64,000 nucleotides of DNA from Octopus vulgaris (lineage: Eukaryota), in the NCBI GenBank assembly GCA_951406725.2, contig OX597818.1:80538001-80602000 (forward strand), given 5' to 3'. Within the stretch, counting starts at the first letter, position 1, and each line of letters opens with the position of its first letter. Of this stretch, positions 40,851-54,366 are shown one piece after another. The position numbers were made by a program, and so were the translations under genes. The notes beneath the pieces are model-generated. The model was not told the DNA's origin. It was given only the letters and a program-made list of their open reading frames with translations, and did not search any database.

Positions 40851-41008
40851 TTTTATTCTTTTATATGTTTCAGTCCAATGACTGTGGCCATGCTGGAGCA
40901 CCGCCATTGTAATCATCTTTCCACTTTCCACCTTTGTCGGAGCGGCTTTTGTTGAAGGATGGAGTTCGATGCTACTGCCCTCTTTTGAGTTTCTTGCTTA
41001 AATATTGA

Positions 41009-41215
41009 CTAATCCGGGATCACGGTGAGCCAGTGGTCAAGTTGACGTTTGAAAACTTCTACATCCACTCCATGGAGGCTCCTCAGATGCTTCGGCAGAC
41101 AGTTAAGCAGCTGTGGGCCCTTGAAACCCAAGCTATTGCTGTACATCGTCCTTGCCCGAGAAGAACCAGTCGGCACAGTGGGGACAGCACAGTGACGTCC
41201 TGTTCGTGACGAGCG
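41009..41215 (-). mobile_element. CR1/L2-group LINE ORF2 C-terminal fragment
   Basis: RTGRHCAVP...TMYSNSLGFKGPQLLNCLPKHLRSLHGVDVEVFKRQLDHWLTVIPD. Confidence 0.78.
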
Positions 41216-41502
41216 TTGGTCTTTCAAATTAATAAATTGAGATGTGTTCCTACGGAATTTTCCGAAAGAGAAATATAACATACAAGCAACCTACCTATTT
41301 AAAAAAAAAAATACCAAAAATATTCTAACATGCACATGCTTCGGGAAAGTTGACTTTCATCAACATTGTACAATTGTTTCAAGCAGTTGTTGGAATTTTC
41401 TTTACGAATACCTACTCTTCGAGATAAATTTTCTGATACTTAGATAACGTTAAATTAAGATTATACTTTTGAAGCCAGTTTAAAATTAACAATTGAATAT
41501 TG

Positions 41503-42240
41503 GTGCAAGTGTGGCTAAGTGATAAGAAGCTTTCTTCCCAACCACGTGGTTCTGGGTTCAGTCCCACTGTGCAGTATCTCGTGTAACTGTTTTCTAATAT
41601 AGCACCGTGCTGACCAAAGCCTTTTGAGTGGATTTGATAAACGGAAACTGAAATAAGCCCGTCGTATATATATATATATAATATGTGAGTGTTTGTCCTC
41701 CTACTACCACTTGACAACCGTTGTTGGTTTATTTACGTCCCTGTAACTTAGCGGTTCGACAAAAAGTGGCATATAGAATAAGTATCAGATTTTAAAATAT
41801 ATGTACTGGGGTCGATTTATTCTTCTAAACTTTCAGTGTAGTGTCCCAGCATGGCCACAATCCAATGACTGAAACAGGTAAAGAATAATAGGGGAGTGGC
41901 TGTGTGGTAAGATGCTTGCTTACCAACCACATGGTTCCGGGTTCAGTCCCACTCCGTGGCACCTTGGGCAAGTGTCTTCTACTGTAGCCTCGGGCCGACC
42001 AAGGCCTTGTGAGTGGATTTGTGTGTGTGTGTGTGTGTGTGTGTGTTTGTCCCCCCCCACCCAACATCGCTTGACAACCGATGCTGGTGTGTTTACGTCC
42101 CTGTAACTTAGCGATTCGGCAAAAAGGGACCGATAAAGTAAGTACTCGGCTTACAAAGAATAAGTCCTGAGGGTCGATTTGCTCTACAAAAGGCGGTGCT
42201 CCAGCATGGCGGCAGTCAAATGACTGAAACGAATAAAATA
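41503..42240 (+). mobile_element. Two tandem SINE family A copies (about 41503-41888 diverged, about 41890-42240 younger)
   Basis: Each has head, body and tail. Confidence 0.88.
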
Positions 42241-42919
42241 AAAAAAGAAGAGTTACTGATGGAATACTGAATAGGAAAGGTAGAGTAAAATTTATTGTAA
42301 ATATCGTGTTGAATGGAAATTTAAGCTTCTCCTAACGTTTTATTCAGGAAGCCTAGGCAAAACGTAGCGTCTAAGTCAACAGGAAATTTATAAAACATTC
42401 TTAATTATATATTTTGGACTAAGTTATTAATAATATTCTTGTTTATAGCCTCTTTCAGATATAATTTTCTTCAGTTCCGCTGGATAATTAATATCAACTG
42501 CTAGATCAGCACTGACATCTTAAACGGTCATTTTAATATTGCGCAAATTAATACAGCTCTTAAACGTTTCAAACCAGACTTTAACTATCAATAAGATTTT
42601 GTATCAGAAATTACATTTCTAACTTTCTGCAAATAGGCATCAAAAATTTTGTTTTTCGCTTGAATGGTCATCGTACTTATTAGTATATTACCTCCTGCCT
42701 GGCAGTCAAGTCACTCAGAAAACAGCCATTCCATTTTAGACACCACTTCAGATCCGGATATTTATCGGTGTAGCTCCTTGAGCATACAGCTTTCCATCGA
42801 TTTCCGCCGCCCGCTTTTCCTGAGAGAGTCATGAGGATATAGTCTTCAGGTACTGCTTCCATAGTGTCCTATCACAAGCAAACTGTCTGGTTGGATTCCT
42901 AAGTGTGACAACTGACACA

Positions 42920-43078
42920 GTGGATATTATCCCATCATCTCGTTTTTGCTCTATCCACGGGTCTCCTGGCGACTGGTTCGACTTGAAGAATCCGCAACAT
43001 TCTAGTCACGTGTCCAAAGTATAGGATTTGTGACCTCTCAGTACGAAGCAGCAACGGCTCGACATAGAGAAACTCTTT
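42920..43078 (-). mobile_element. RTE-clade LINE C-terminal fragment
   Basis: LYVEPLLLRTERSQILYFGHVTRM...EPVARRPVDRAKTR*WDNI. Confidence 0.8.
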
Positions 43079-43472
43079 GACGTCTGAGCTATGCATCCAC
43101 CCTGACAAGTAACGTTATTCCAGAGACCCTTCAGTGAAATTCCATTTCAGCTGCTTGTTTATGAAGACATGAAAGAACTAGAGCAGTGAAGTCAGAGGAA
43201 TAACTGTTTGATAAAAGTTTGTAGCAAACCCGGATCATTTGATTTGGAGCAATCATAAAGAGAGGTAGCGAGTGAGAAAATAAACGCAAGGTATGTTGAT
43301 ATTTATGAAAATCAGGGTCAGTTGAATCTGCGCACGGACAAACAAGGCGCGAAGTGGATGTAGGCAACGCGTAGCTATTGCCAAGATAAGAAAAAAAATA
43401 CGTATCGGGATTGTAGCTTTAAATTTGTTAAAATTTACGCTAGTTTTGTGACTCAATATACTATATACACAC

Positions 43473-43503
<31 letters not shown>

Positions 43504-44287
43504 CGTGTGCGTGTGTGTGTGTGTGTATAGTCAGTTGAGTTGTGTTCTGTTAAGAACGTATTAGAGCACAGATAGAGCTCATTCAAAAGAGTAAAAGTAA
43601 AAAGTAAGAGTCAAAAGGAAGAGTAAATACGGTTAAGCAGCTTTTTTAATCACTACGTATGTTTCAATACATACAGATCCTCGTATATACAGGATTTAAA
43701 GTTAAAGCAAAATTAAATTATTTAACGATTTACCTGTATAAGAAGATCTGTATGTATCTCCTCAGGCGATACTCAATTGCTGTCTCCATAAGCAAATACA
43801 GATTTCCATGCTACAACATCCATGGCTTCTTTAAAACTAACAAGCGCTGCCTGGTAATCCACCAGCTTCTTACTACGAATAACAACATAAGAGTAAACAA
43901 ATAGTGATAAATTATAGCTCCAAAATATTATTTGCAACAAAGAACTAAGTCTAAAAAGGACATTCAGACAATACAACAAAGGTAGACAATTAGGTTGTTT
44001 GCTTCTCAATCAACATCACATCACAAACATGACACATTAAAAACAAGCCTAGTATAGGCTAGTGAAACAGTACATCTCCTAAACAACGTTCTTGAACAAT
44101 ATACAAGTAAAAGGACAAGCTTAGATCAATTTTTACGAAACAAGTTCAACACTATAAAATATTCTAACCAAAGAAAGTGTTTATTAAAAGTAAAACAATA
44201 AAATGTAAAAGGAAATGAAGTTAAACTTCAAAAATTAAATGTATATATGTCTTACAAACAACACATATATAAATTTGATTTTTGAAG

Positions 44288-44341
<54 letters not shown>

Positions 44342-44517
44342 CTTCCTTGACCTTAAACAATACTAAGCCTTACAACACGCAAAGATTAACAGCCACAACC
44401 ACACACACACACACACACGCACACACACACACGTGTTATCATTGCACACATACACACATACACTCACATGCACACGCAGACCATTGCGCCGCCATATAAC
44501 CACTAGGCCATTGCGCT

Positions 44518-44659
<142 letters not shown>

Positions 44660-44977
44660 TTCTTCCTTGACCTTAAACAATACTAAGCCTTACAACACGC
44701 AAAGATTAACAGCCACAACACACACACACACACACACACGCACACACACACACGTGTTATCATTGCACACATACACACATACACTCACATGCACACGCAG
44801 ACCTTCGCGCACGCACATATCCACACTTACACACACATACCTCCTCTTGCACTCTCCTGTCTTTGAAAGAACTTTTTTTCGCCCATTTCCTTCCGGTCAT
44901 TCAAAATGTGACCGCGTGTGTACCGTTGGCGATTTTTTTCCTCCGTCTTCCCTTCTCTGGATCTTTCCTTCTCCTAT

Positions 44978-45012
44978 GTTTCCGACGAAGAGCTCCGCTC
45001 GAAACGTTAAAC
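44978..45012 (+). ncRNA. Minimal hammerhead motif (family F2, element about 44905-45112)
   Basis: gttt-CCGACGA-A-GAGC-tcc-GCTC-GAAAC-GTT-aaac. Confidence 0.5.
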
Positions 45013-45121
45013 CCCCCTTCTTTCCTTCTTTCCTGAGCGTCCAATAATACTATATTTGTTCCACGTCCTCGCGTTGTTGTGTTTTTTGTGTGCTTTCATG
45101 TTTGGATTAACTTACATTAAC

Positions 45122-45154
<33 letters not shown>

Positions 45155-46204
45155 CATACACACATACATGCATGCGTCTATGATTAAAATAAATAACTAA
45201 TAACTTGTCATATCATAGAGACTAAGTCACCCATTATAATTAAACGGCCAGCGAGTTTGCGTTACTTAGAAACAACTCAGATTACCTTTAATCATTGAAT
45301 GAAAAAATATATATGTAATTTAAATCAATATATACACTTACAAATCTTAAACAGTGAATACTACTAAAAAAATACTATTGAAATAATACTACATATAATG
45401 AAACCCCATGTGTTGCAGAGAAATTAACGGGAAAATACTCACATCTTAACCCTACACCACCAAAGAACTGAAAGATCGATATCTGTCAGCAGGCGGAAGA
45501 AAATCCTAACTACTCAACGAAATAGACGTTGTACCCTATAGTGAATGGCAACTACCCAGCGGAAGTGATATTGTACACGACAGTGAATGAATACCAACTC
45601 CACAAACTTCTAAACAGTGATTTCAACTCACCTAAATAAAATTAAAAAACTATCACTCCTTACAATTCTAAGCTCAACTATAAACTGGAGATCATTCCAT
45701 ACTTTTCCAATACCCAGTGAAAGACAGAGAGATAGAAAGAGAGAGAGAGAGAGGGGGGGAGGGTAGAAATAGAAATAGACAGATAATCATGCAAATAACA
45801 TGAGGAAGAGACAAACAAATATAAATACACGGTGTCAAAACAGCGAAAGCATGTAACTGGCAAAGAAAAAAATTTTTAAAAGACGTAGAAATTTAAAGCG
45901 TGCAAAGCAACAATCAATGAAACGTACAACGGAGATAAAAACGCCAAAGGAAGAGACTGAACTGAATCTCATATTTCGGGGATACCCTTTATCAAAGAGA
46001 AGGAAAAGTATTAGAGAAGACAAAAATATTAGAGAAGAAAAATGCAGGATACTGTGCTTATTTATCTTCATTGTACATTCCTTTGATTGTTGTCTTTTTA
46101 CTTTATATTCCTACGCTTTTCAGGTACGTGCTTCTATGCATTATTTGGTTGTCTTCTCTTTGCCTCATAATCTTACTCGTGTTACTTGTGTGATTTATAT
46201 ATAT

Positions 46205-46832
46205 CAGGGATCGCCAAAGTGGGTCTGAGGGAGCCCCTAAAGGTCGGCGAGGAATTACAGGGGGTCGATGATAGCCAAGAACAGCTCACCCAGATGAACT
46301 GCTTAAAATACTTAGCCAGCGCCATGAAACGTGGGAAAATATGATAACTTTTCACAGTAGCGAGAAGTCCTGCTGTTGCTAATGTTCGAGGCCTGAAGTT
46401 GTAATCTGTATCGAAGTCGAAGATTGAGATGCGTGATTCAGGGGATGCGAACTGTCAAGTGTTTGTATATGGAAATGACCAGGCCTGCTAGGGGAGAAAG
46501 GATATTAAATACATATCTCATAAACGTTTTTTGTTGGTAAGTCACGGTAGGTGTTGGATTTGGGAAGCTGGAATGTTGATCACTCGGACGCTACGCTGTC
46601 CTTTGTGCTGCGGTTGTCTCTCTATCTGCAAACTGTCCGATTTGAGTGTCGATATTGCGGCGAAAGCCCTTTTTGAGATCAGAAGTTTGAGTGACTTTTG
46701 GTACAATAAGAAAAGAAGTGAATCATCCCTTCTAGCATTTCCCAGCTCTTACATGATGAAAGCTGGTTTCAGCCATGCAAACGCAATCATGACCAAACAG
46801 AGGAATCGCCTGAAACTGGAGGAACGAGGCGC
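46205..46832 (+). mobile_element. hAT (Charlie/Buster-like) element remnant
   Basis: CAGGGATCGCCAAAGTGGG terminus; C-terminal dimerisation-region peptide LLAFPSSYMMKAGFSHANAIMTKQRNRLKLEERG. Confidence 0.75.
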
Positions 46833-47064
46833 GTGTTTGAGTTCTATATGAATATTGTTTTACTGTTATGTACACGTCCGAGCCCCAAATATGACTTCCT
46901 GAAAAGTTTGTTGAGCACTTTTCGTAAAAATTACCCCAGAAAGATTAATTATAATGTACTTTGTGAAGGGCGTGTCTAATTACCTTCTGTGTGTATGCGT
47001 GTACGCGCGTGAGAGTGTGTAGATATAGATATGTGTGTCTACATATCAAAGTACGTATACATAT

Positions 47065-47114
<50 letters not shown>

Positions 47115-47269
47115 ATACACACATACACATACATATACGGGTACTTGGATGCACATACATACATACATACATACAAAAGGAGCCTTGGATCTAGGTTAGA
47201 AACCGCTTCTTTTTCTATTGGCAAGAAATCTTGAAATAAACTGAATAATGACATACATACATACATACA

Positions 47270-47301
<32 letters not shown>

Positions 47302-47302
47302 G

Positions 47303-47333
<31 letters not shown>

Positions 47334-47664
47334 GATGTGAGTGTTAGTGTATGCTCTTTATGCAATTGTGAAAAGACAGTCGATAATAAACATATTTTCC
47401 TAGATTTTTTCCCTTCCTACTTAAGCTTATTGTAATCACGTATTTTGAGGAATCTTACAAATTAAACCTTATTCAGTAAACATCATATATTTCTGTCGAC
47501 ATCATTAAAATATAAAATTAATATTTGATTAATTCCTCTAATTTTTTTTTAAGTGATAGATAGATTGTGTGGGGGAGACTTTGCATTGAGCTGCTTTCAT
47601 ATAATAATAATGATGATGATAATGATGCTGCTTCTGCTGCCGCTGATGATGATGATGATAATAC

Positions 47665-47706
<42 letters not shown>

Positions 47707-47713
47707 AATAATG

Positions 47714-47777
<64 letters not shown>

Positions 47778-48146
47778 TAATCCTTTAAGTGGTCGACTTT
47801 ATCATTAATAGCTTTGGAATATAGAGGACTACATTTCCTGTTTAAAGTTATTTTTTGCTAAATTTCTTTTATTAAATAAAAGCCATTACGTAGATTCTCA
47901 CATTCTCTCATACGTACATAGACAGTGAGACATAGGAAGCAACGTAAACATACATACCACGCAAACGAATACAACGATAATGCCATCAGCAATACATATA
48001 TACATACACATTTACACTACAGCAACAGTTCCCACACACAACACACGTAGGCGCCGGCATGGTTGTAGGTTATAGATGGATGTTGCTCTGGGTTCGAACC
48101 CACAGTATGGCGCCTGAGGCAACTGTCTTTCATCAGAGTGTCGGGG

Positions 48147-48464
48147 AGTGGAGGCACATGGCCTAGTGGTTAGAGCAGCGGACTCGCGGTCGAGGAATTG
48201 CGGGTTCGAATCTCAGACCGGGCGATGCGTGTGTTTATGAGCGAAACACCTAAGCTCCACGCGGCTCCGGCAGAAGGTAATGGCGAATTTCTGCTGACTC
48301 TTTCGCCACAACTTTCTCTCACTCTTTGCTCCTGCATCTTGCAGCTCACCTGCGACGGACCGGCGTCCCGTCCAGGTGGGGAACCTATACGCCATGGAAA
48401 CCGGGAAACCGGCCCTTATGAGCCAGGCATGACTCGAGAAGGAACAAACAAAACAGAAAAAAAA
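48147..48464 (+). mobile_element. SINE family C with 10-bp TSD
   Basis: tRNA-like head from 48150; TSD AGTGTCGGGG at 48137-48146 and 48465-48474. Confidence 0.92.
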
Positions 48465-48605
48465 AGTGTCGGGGGCTTACGCATACGGAAAACGGAGATA
48501 GCATGAACACTAAATTCAAGGTACAACCTATACTCCCGCCATTTAATAAAATGTATAAATTTTCTGAGTTTTAAAAGCGAGAATCATATTTACACCGTAT
48601 GTATG

Positions 48606-48639
<34 letters not shown>

Positions 48640-48674
48640 TGTATGTATGTATGTATGTATGTATCTCGTACGTG

Positions 48675-48820
48675 TTTACGTTCTGAGTTCAAATTACGCC
48701 GAAGGTTAATTTGCCTTTCATCCTTTCAAGGTTGATAAAATAAGTACTAGTTGAACACTGGGCGATGTAATCGACTTATCCTCTTCCTCGAAATTGCTGG
48801 CCTTATGCCAAAATTTGAAA
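48675..48820 (+). mobile_element. SINE family B, 5'-truncated
   Basis: TACGTTCTGAGTTCAAATT...GCCTTTCATCCTTTC...ATAAAATAAGTAC. Confidence 0.8.
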
Positions 48821-48894
48821 TGTATGTAAAGAACGAAGACGAACTAACTGCCACTAAGCATTTTGCTCGGCGTGTTGACGGTTCTACCAGCTCG

Positions 48895-48950
<56 letters not shown>

Positions 48951-49008
48951 ACCGTTGGCGATTTTTTTTTCCTCCGTCTTCCCTTCTTTGGATCTTTCCT
49001 TTTCCTAT

Positions 49009-49043
49009 GTTTCTGACGAAGAGCTCCGCTCGAAACGTTAAAC
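49009..49043 (+). ncRNA. Minimal hammerhead motif (family F2, canonical core)
   Basis: gttt-CTGACGA-A-GAGC-tcc-GCTC-GAAAC-GTT-aaac. Confidence 0.6.
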
Positions 49044-49134
49044 CCTCCTTCTTTCCTGAGCGTCCAATAATACTATACTTGTTCCACGTCCTCGCGTTGT
49101 TGTGTTTTCTCTTTGTGCTTTCATGTTTGGATTA

Positions 49135-49186
<52 letters not shown>

Positions 49187-49189
49187 AAC

Positions 49190-49660
49190 TTACTTGGAAA
49201 AGGATGCGTGGCGTTCGATCATATAATAATATAAATAATATATAAATATAAGCATATATACATACATATATGTACATACCTACATATATATGTATATATA
49301 CATGCATATATGGGTACAGAATATTAAAAAAACGTTGAACACAATGAGAAACGAAAACATAAAAATAAAAAAAAGATAGAAAACGAACTTTTTTTTCGAC
49401 CAACGTAAAAATCAAACAGAGAAACGAGACATACAACATAAAGAACATTCACCTTCATCAGTAGTCTCTGTTTCATCTACTCCGTGTCTTCGAAACGCGG
49501 AGTAGATGAAACAGAGACATCTCATTGTGTTCAGCGATTTTTTTTAATGTCCTGCACCCATATATGCATGTATATATATACATATATATGTAGGTATGTA
49601 CATATATGTATGTATATATGCACATATTTATATTTTATTTATATTATATTATATTATATT
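49190..49660. mobile_element. Family G-related fold-back element
   Basis: Perfect 21-bp inverted arms at 49464-49484 and 49498-49518; outer arms about 49235-49350 and about 49520-49640. Confidence 0.78.
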
Positions 49661-49674
49661 ATATATATATATAT

Positions 49675-49971
49675 TCGCATAAAAATTCATTTAGATACCC
49701 AGAGAATAGGAAGAGGACCAGCCTAGCAAAATATGTCTGGGAACTAAAAGAAAAGGAAACCCCACCTTTCAACGTGACATGGAGCATTCTGGACAGAGCG
49801 GCACCATACAGGCATGGAGCACACAGAAATAATTTTAAATGCAATCTTTGCCTATTAGAGAAACTGTATATTTTATTCAAAGACAATAATTCTTTGAATC
49901 AAAGTGAGCTGATGAACTTATGTAGACACGCAACCAAATTTAAAATGTCAAATATAAATATACCATATTGA
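49675..49971 (+). mobile_element. PLE GIY-YIG C-terminus (Naiad-like), 5'-truncated
   Basis: HKNSFRY...TSLAKYVWELKE...VTWSILDRAAPY...KCNLCLLEKLYIL...LNQSELMNLCRHATKF. Confidence 0.85.
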
Positions 49972-51136
49972 TAGAGTATATATTTTGTATTTTTGATTTT
50001 TGAAATTTGGATTTTGACTCTTGGACTAGTATGTAAACGCGACGATGGATTTGTTTCGCGCTATGCAGATTTCATTCCGTATAGCAAAGTCTCATGCATA
50101 TATTTTGTTTATTTTGTTTATATTTTTACATATACATTAGGAAAAACCTTCGGCTTTGTTTATTTCATGTTATTGTATTGTATAGGATTACTTTGATTTT
50201 TAATTTATAGATGATCCAAAATAGGGTGTTATATTTTATGTCTTTCGTATATTTTTCATTATTGCACTCACCATTTTTTTTAAAGAAGCAATGTTGTCAA
50301 AAATTAGAATTTTGATGTAAATATGTGTATAGCCATGGATATGTATTTGTAAGCATGCGTCTCTGTGTATCTGTAAGTGAGCGTATGTTTGTGCTTAAGC
50401 AAACACATACACGACAGTATGTGTATGTATCCATTTGAACTTGTGTTTGTATACTTGTCTCTATATATATCAATAACGTGGTTACACAGCTTGTATACGT
50501 AATTTCTCTTATTTCGTTTTTTTCCCCACCCTCCTTTTTCTTTTTTCCTTCCCCCTTCTTCGTTCCTTTTTCTCTCTCTTCCTTTCTTTCGTTTTTTTTC
50601 TCTAACTGATACTGGTACATACAACTTTACGTTCCCCTCACTTAAGCTTTGCTCCGTAAATAAGAAACGCTACATTAGCATCGATGATTTTAACTTGCGT
50701 GCGAGATAGATTGCGTACACATATGTATGCATGTATTTGTGTGTATATTTTATATTTATATTTATAGGTCTGTATATGTATGGCGTTTGCACGCATCCTT
50801 CTGTGTATGTTAATATATATATGTACACTTTAATATGAATATTATTGCAGTGTAATATTTATAATGCGTTTTAATTTCCATGCATTAATTATTTTTCCTT
50901 CATTAACGTCAATATGTATTTTATTCAATGTAAGGTTTTTTCCTCCAATTTTATAATTTTTATAATTTTTATAATTTTTTGATATATATATACATATATA
51001 TATATTGAGCTCATTTTTTGTTTATCGCTCGAAGATTGACCGTTATTTCTAAAGGGCCAATCAAACAAGTCCATTTTTTAAAGGTGTAGCGTTTGTAAGA
51101 GTCTGGATTGAATTGATATATCGGTTCCATTCTAAC

Positions 51137-51184
51137 AAAAACTGTCTGATGAACGGCAACGAGAAACTCAGAGTAACAGATTTT
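51137..51184 (+). ncRNA. Type I hammerhead motif
   Basis: ctgt-CTGATGA-A-CG-gcaa-CG-A-GAAA-CTCAGAG-TA-acag; the downstream sequence matches the 53942 palindrome arm. Confidence 0.6.
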
Positions 51185-51211
51185 GTTGAATGTTCTGCTG
51201 CTTTAAATAAA

Positions 51212-51299
<88 letters not shown>

Positions 51300-51301
<2 letters not shown>

Positions 51302-52135
51302 CTCTGTAAGACAAATGCGTTGTATCTCAGGCTTCCGCTGCTAGAAGCCATTTGATGCGACCCTCAAGCGTCGTTCAGCAACGTCGTACTGCCACTTGGT
51401 GCGTCTTTGTTTTGCAGCGCTTCTTCCATGTTCGTCGATTTTGACGATGGCTGAAAAGAAGGAATAGCATACTTTCGTGAAATTCTGGTTTCTGCTGGGG
51501 AAAACGGCAACCGAAACAGTTATGCTTCAAACTGCATACAAGTGTGTTTCCATGTGCAAGACACAAGTTTACGAGTGGCTTCTACGCTTTAAGAATGGTC
51601 ACTTGTAGCTTGCAAACCAATCTCATTCAGGGCGACAGTCGACCTCCTGGACGAATGAAAACATTATGAAAGGTCATGAACTGATCTTGGAGTGCCGTGG
51701 CCGAAGAATTGACGAACTTCCTGATATGACTAGTGTGGCCTGGAGCTCTTGCCAACGAATTTTGAGCGAGGAATTGCGAATGAAAAGAGTCGCAGCTAAA
51801 TTTGTGCCTCGCTTGCTCCCGGAAGATCAAAAGCAGTCACGACTGAATGCGTGTCGTGAACTGAAAGAACAGTTGGAAGTTAATTTGGACCTTTTTCGAA
51901 GGTCATCACTGGTGACGAAAGTTAGTGCTACGGAATTTTCAGATGTGGAAGAGGTGAAGAAAAAAGTATGGAGACGTTAAAAAGCGTCACTTCGCAAGAG
52001 TTCCAAAACTCTTTCGAATAGTGAACCGATGCATTACTTCAAATGGAGAAACTTTGAAGGCAATAAAAGTCTAACCGCATAAGACTAAGTAAATAAAATA
52101 TTGCAAAATTCCGGTTTCTTTTGAGTACCCCTTTG
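51300..52135 (+). mobile_element. Decayed, internally deleted mariner element
   Basis: ATG at 51447: VKFWFLLGKTATET...KTQVYEW..RFKNG...SGRQSTS...SCQRILSEELRMKRVAAKFVPRLL..DQKQSR; right end CCGGTTTCTTTTGAGTACCCCTTTG|TA. Confidence 0.88.
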
Positions 52136-52252
52136 TACATACATACTTTTTTATATTTTCAGCAGAAGCAACAGAGTGGCTCGAGGGCCGTGAGTTTTGT
52201 GCGTTAGCACTTATCAAACACGTCAAACTCATCATACATATATACGCATACA

Positions 52253-52373
<121 letters not shown>

Positions 52374-52639
52374 TACTCTCCAAAATATTAATTGCATAAC
52401 AGTGTACGCTCATACGTGAGTGTGTGTGTGTGACAAAGTGTGTGAGTGTCATTGTGTGTGTGCGTGTGTGTGCGTGTGTGAGTGTGTGCGCGCGCGCATC
52501 TACGTGTGTGTGTTTGCGTGCGTGAACGTATATGTACGTTTTCTGCATTTCTTTATAACTCACACACAGATAATTGATTCAGCCACACCCAACAACGAAA
52601 TCTCTATCGAAGTATCGTAGATACAGGGGTGATGAAGTT

Positions 52640-53287
52640 GATGGCGTTGCTGACGACGAAGATGATGATAACGATAAGAGGACGATGATGATAGCAATTA
52701 CGGTGATGATGAGATGATGATGATGATGATGATAATCATCATCATGGTGATGATGGTGGTGGTGGTAATGAGATGACAAAGATGACGATAACGACAACGA
52801 TGATGATTATGATGATGTTGACAATGTTGAAGAAGAAGAAGAAGAAGAAGAAGAAGAAGAAGAAGAAGAAGAAGAAGAAGAAGAAGAAGAAGAAGAAGAA
52901 GAAGAAGAAGAAGAAGAAGAAGAATGCAGAACAGCTAAAACATTAGCAACAGCAGCATGACAGTAATGATAGCAAGAATAGTCACAATGTTCGCAATAGT
53001 AACATCAGTCACAAAAATCACAACAGCAACAACAACCATAGCAACAACAACAGTCGCGTTAGCAACAGCAGCAACAACGATAGTCGCAACAACATCAATA
53101 GCGATAACAGCATTCGCAAAAGCTACAACAGACTGCAGCAACAACAACAGTCGCAACACTCGCAATTAGTAACAAGAACAGCCGCAACCGTGACAATAGC
53201 AATATTGCGAATGATATCAGTTGCAATATTACAAGAATCAACAAGAGCAACAACTATAATAATAGAATTAATGCAGTCAGAAATGAA

Positions 53288-53324
<37 letters not shown>

Positions 53325-53325
53325 G

Positions 53326-53356
<31 letters not shown>

Positions 53357-53390
53357 CGCTGCTGCTCCCACCGCCGCTGCTGCTGCTTTA
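52640..53390. repeat. Mosaic of trinucleotide repeats (GAT, GAA, ACA/GCA, ACT, GCT)
   Basis: Includes pure (GAA)n at about 52829-52924. Confidence 0.9.
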
Positions 53391-53556
53391 ATAGAACAAA
53401 CAGCTGAGATCAGAGATCAAAAGCATAAACGTCTGTAGCCACGCCGTCGGCAGGTGAATTATAATATATACCTATATTTTTATTTATATATAATCAAATA
53501 TATATATATATAATACTCGTTGCCATGCCGTCGGCAGGTGAATTGTAATTATGATA

Positions 53557-53619
<63 letters not shown>

Positions 53620-53622
<3 letters not shown>

Positions 53623-53830
53623 TTTTATTTTATTCACTCATTTGCCTGCGGCCATGCCGGAGAAGCGCCTTCAGTCGAGTAAATCGACCACAGGACTTAT
53701 TCTTTGTAGGCCTAGTATTTACTCTATCGGACTCTTTTTGCCGCACCGCTAATTTACGGGGGACGTAAACACAGCAGCATGGGTTGTCAAGCGATGTTGT
53801 GGGGACATAGACACATAAACACATACACAC
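53620..53830 (-). mobile_element. SINE family A, 3' half
   Basis: Tail and second-half motifs. Confidence 0.8.
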
Positions 53831-53860
53831 ATACACACACAAACACACACACACACACAA

Positions 53861-53939
<79 letters not shown>

Positions 53940-53941
53940 CA

Positions 53942-54009
53942 CTTTATTAAAAAGCAGCAGAAATTCAACAAAACATGTTTTGTTGAATTTCTGCTGCTTT
54001 TAAATAAAG
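53942..54009. repeat. 68-bp palindrome with 1 mismatch
   Basis: CTTTATTAAAAAGCAGCAGAAATTCAACAAAACA|TGTTTTGTTGAATTTCTGCTGCTTTTAAATAAAG. Confidence 0.92.
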
Positions 54010-54080
54010 CATATTACTCTACCCCTGGTATTTGAGTAATCTTTTTTCCACCTTGTTTCACATTTATGTGTTTACTCCGG

Positions 54081-54142
<62 letters not shown>

Positions 54143-54145
<3 letters not shown>

Positions 54146-54366
54146 CGGAGATGTACTTGCATAGCGAGTGACTTGATCCGAGATCGTGAGCTGGAACGAA
54201 AACAATTGCAGCGTGGAAGGTGTTTATATGCCATTTAAGAAACACACAAAAACCGTTAGATTCATTTCAACATTTAAATTAAATTTGTCAAAATATTTTC
54301 GTCGCTTTGAGACCGCGACCTGTTCACTGACAAAACTTATAAACACCTTCCACGCAGCAATTGTTT
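54143..54366 (-). mobile_element. Short repeat family H copy 1, (TA)n-embedded, hammerhead at 54284-54334
   Basis: Homologous to 56695-56940 and 61033-61221; terminal 54338-54366 is an inverted copy of 54200-54228. Confidence 0.8.
54284..54334 (-). ncRNA. Type I hammerhead motif with G3-C8 core
   Basis: tttgtca-GTGAACA-G-GTCGC(9 nt)GCGAC-GAAA-ATAT-TT-tgacaaa. Confidence 0.65.

Noticed and set aside
48150-48222. tRNA gene
   Set aside because: A and B boxes are present, but the sequence continues into a SINE body with a tail and TSD, and a second copy lies at 10486-10789.
52935-53438. Thr/Ala-rich mucin-like or membrane protein ORFs
   Set aside because: Decayed trinucleotide repeat mosaic without splice or homology support.
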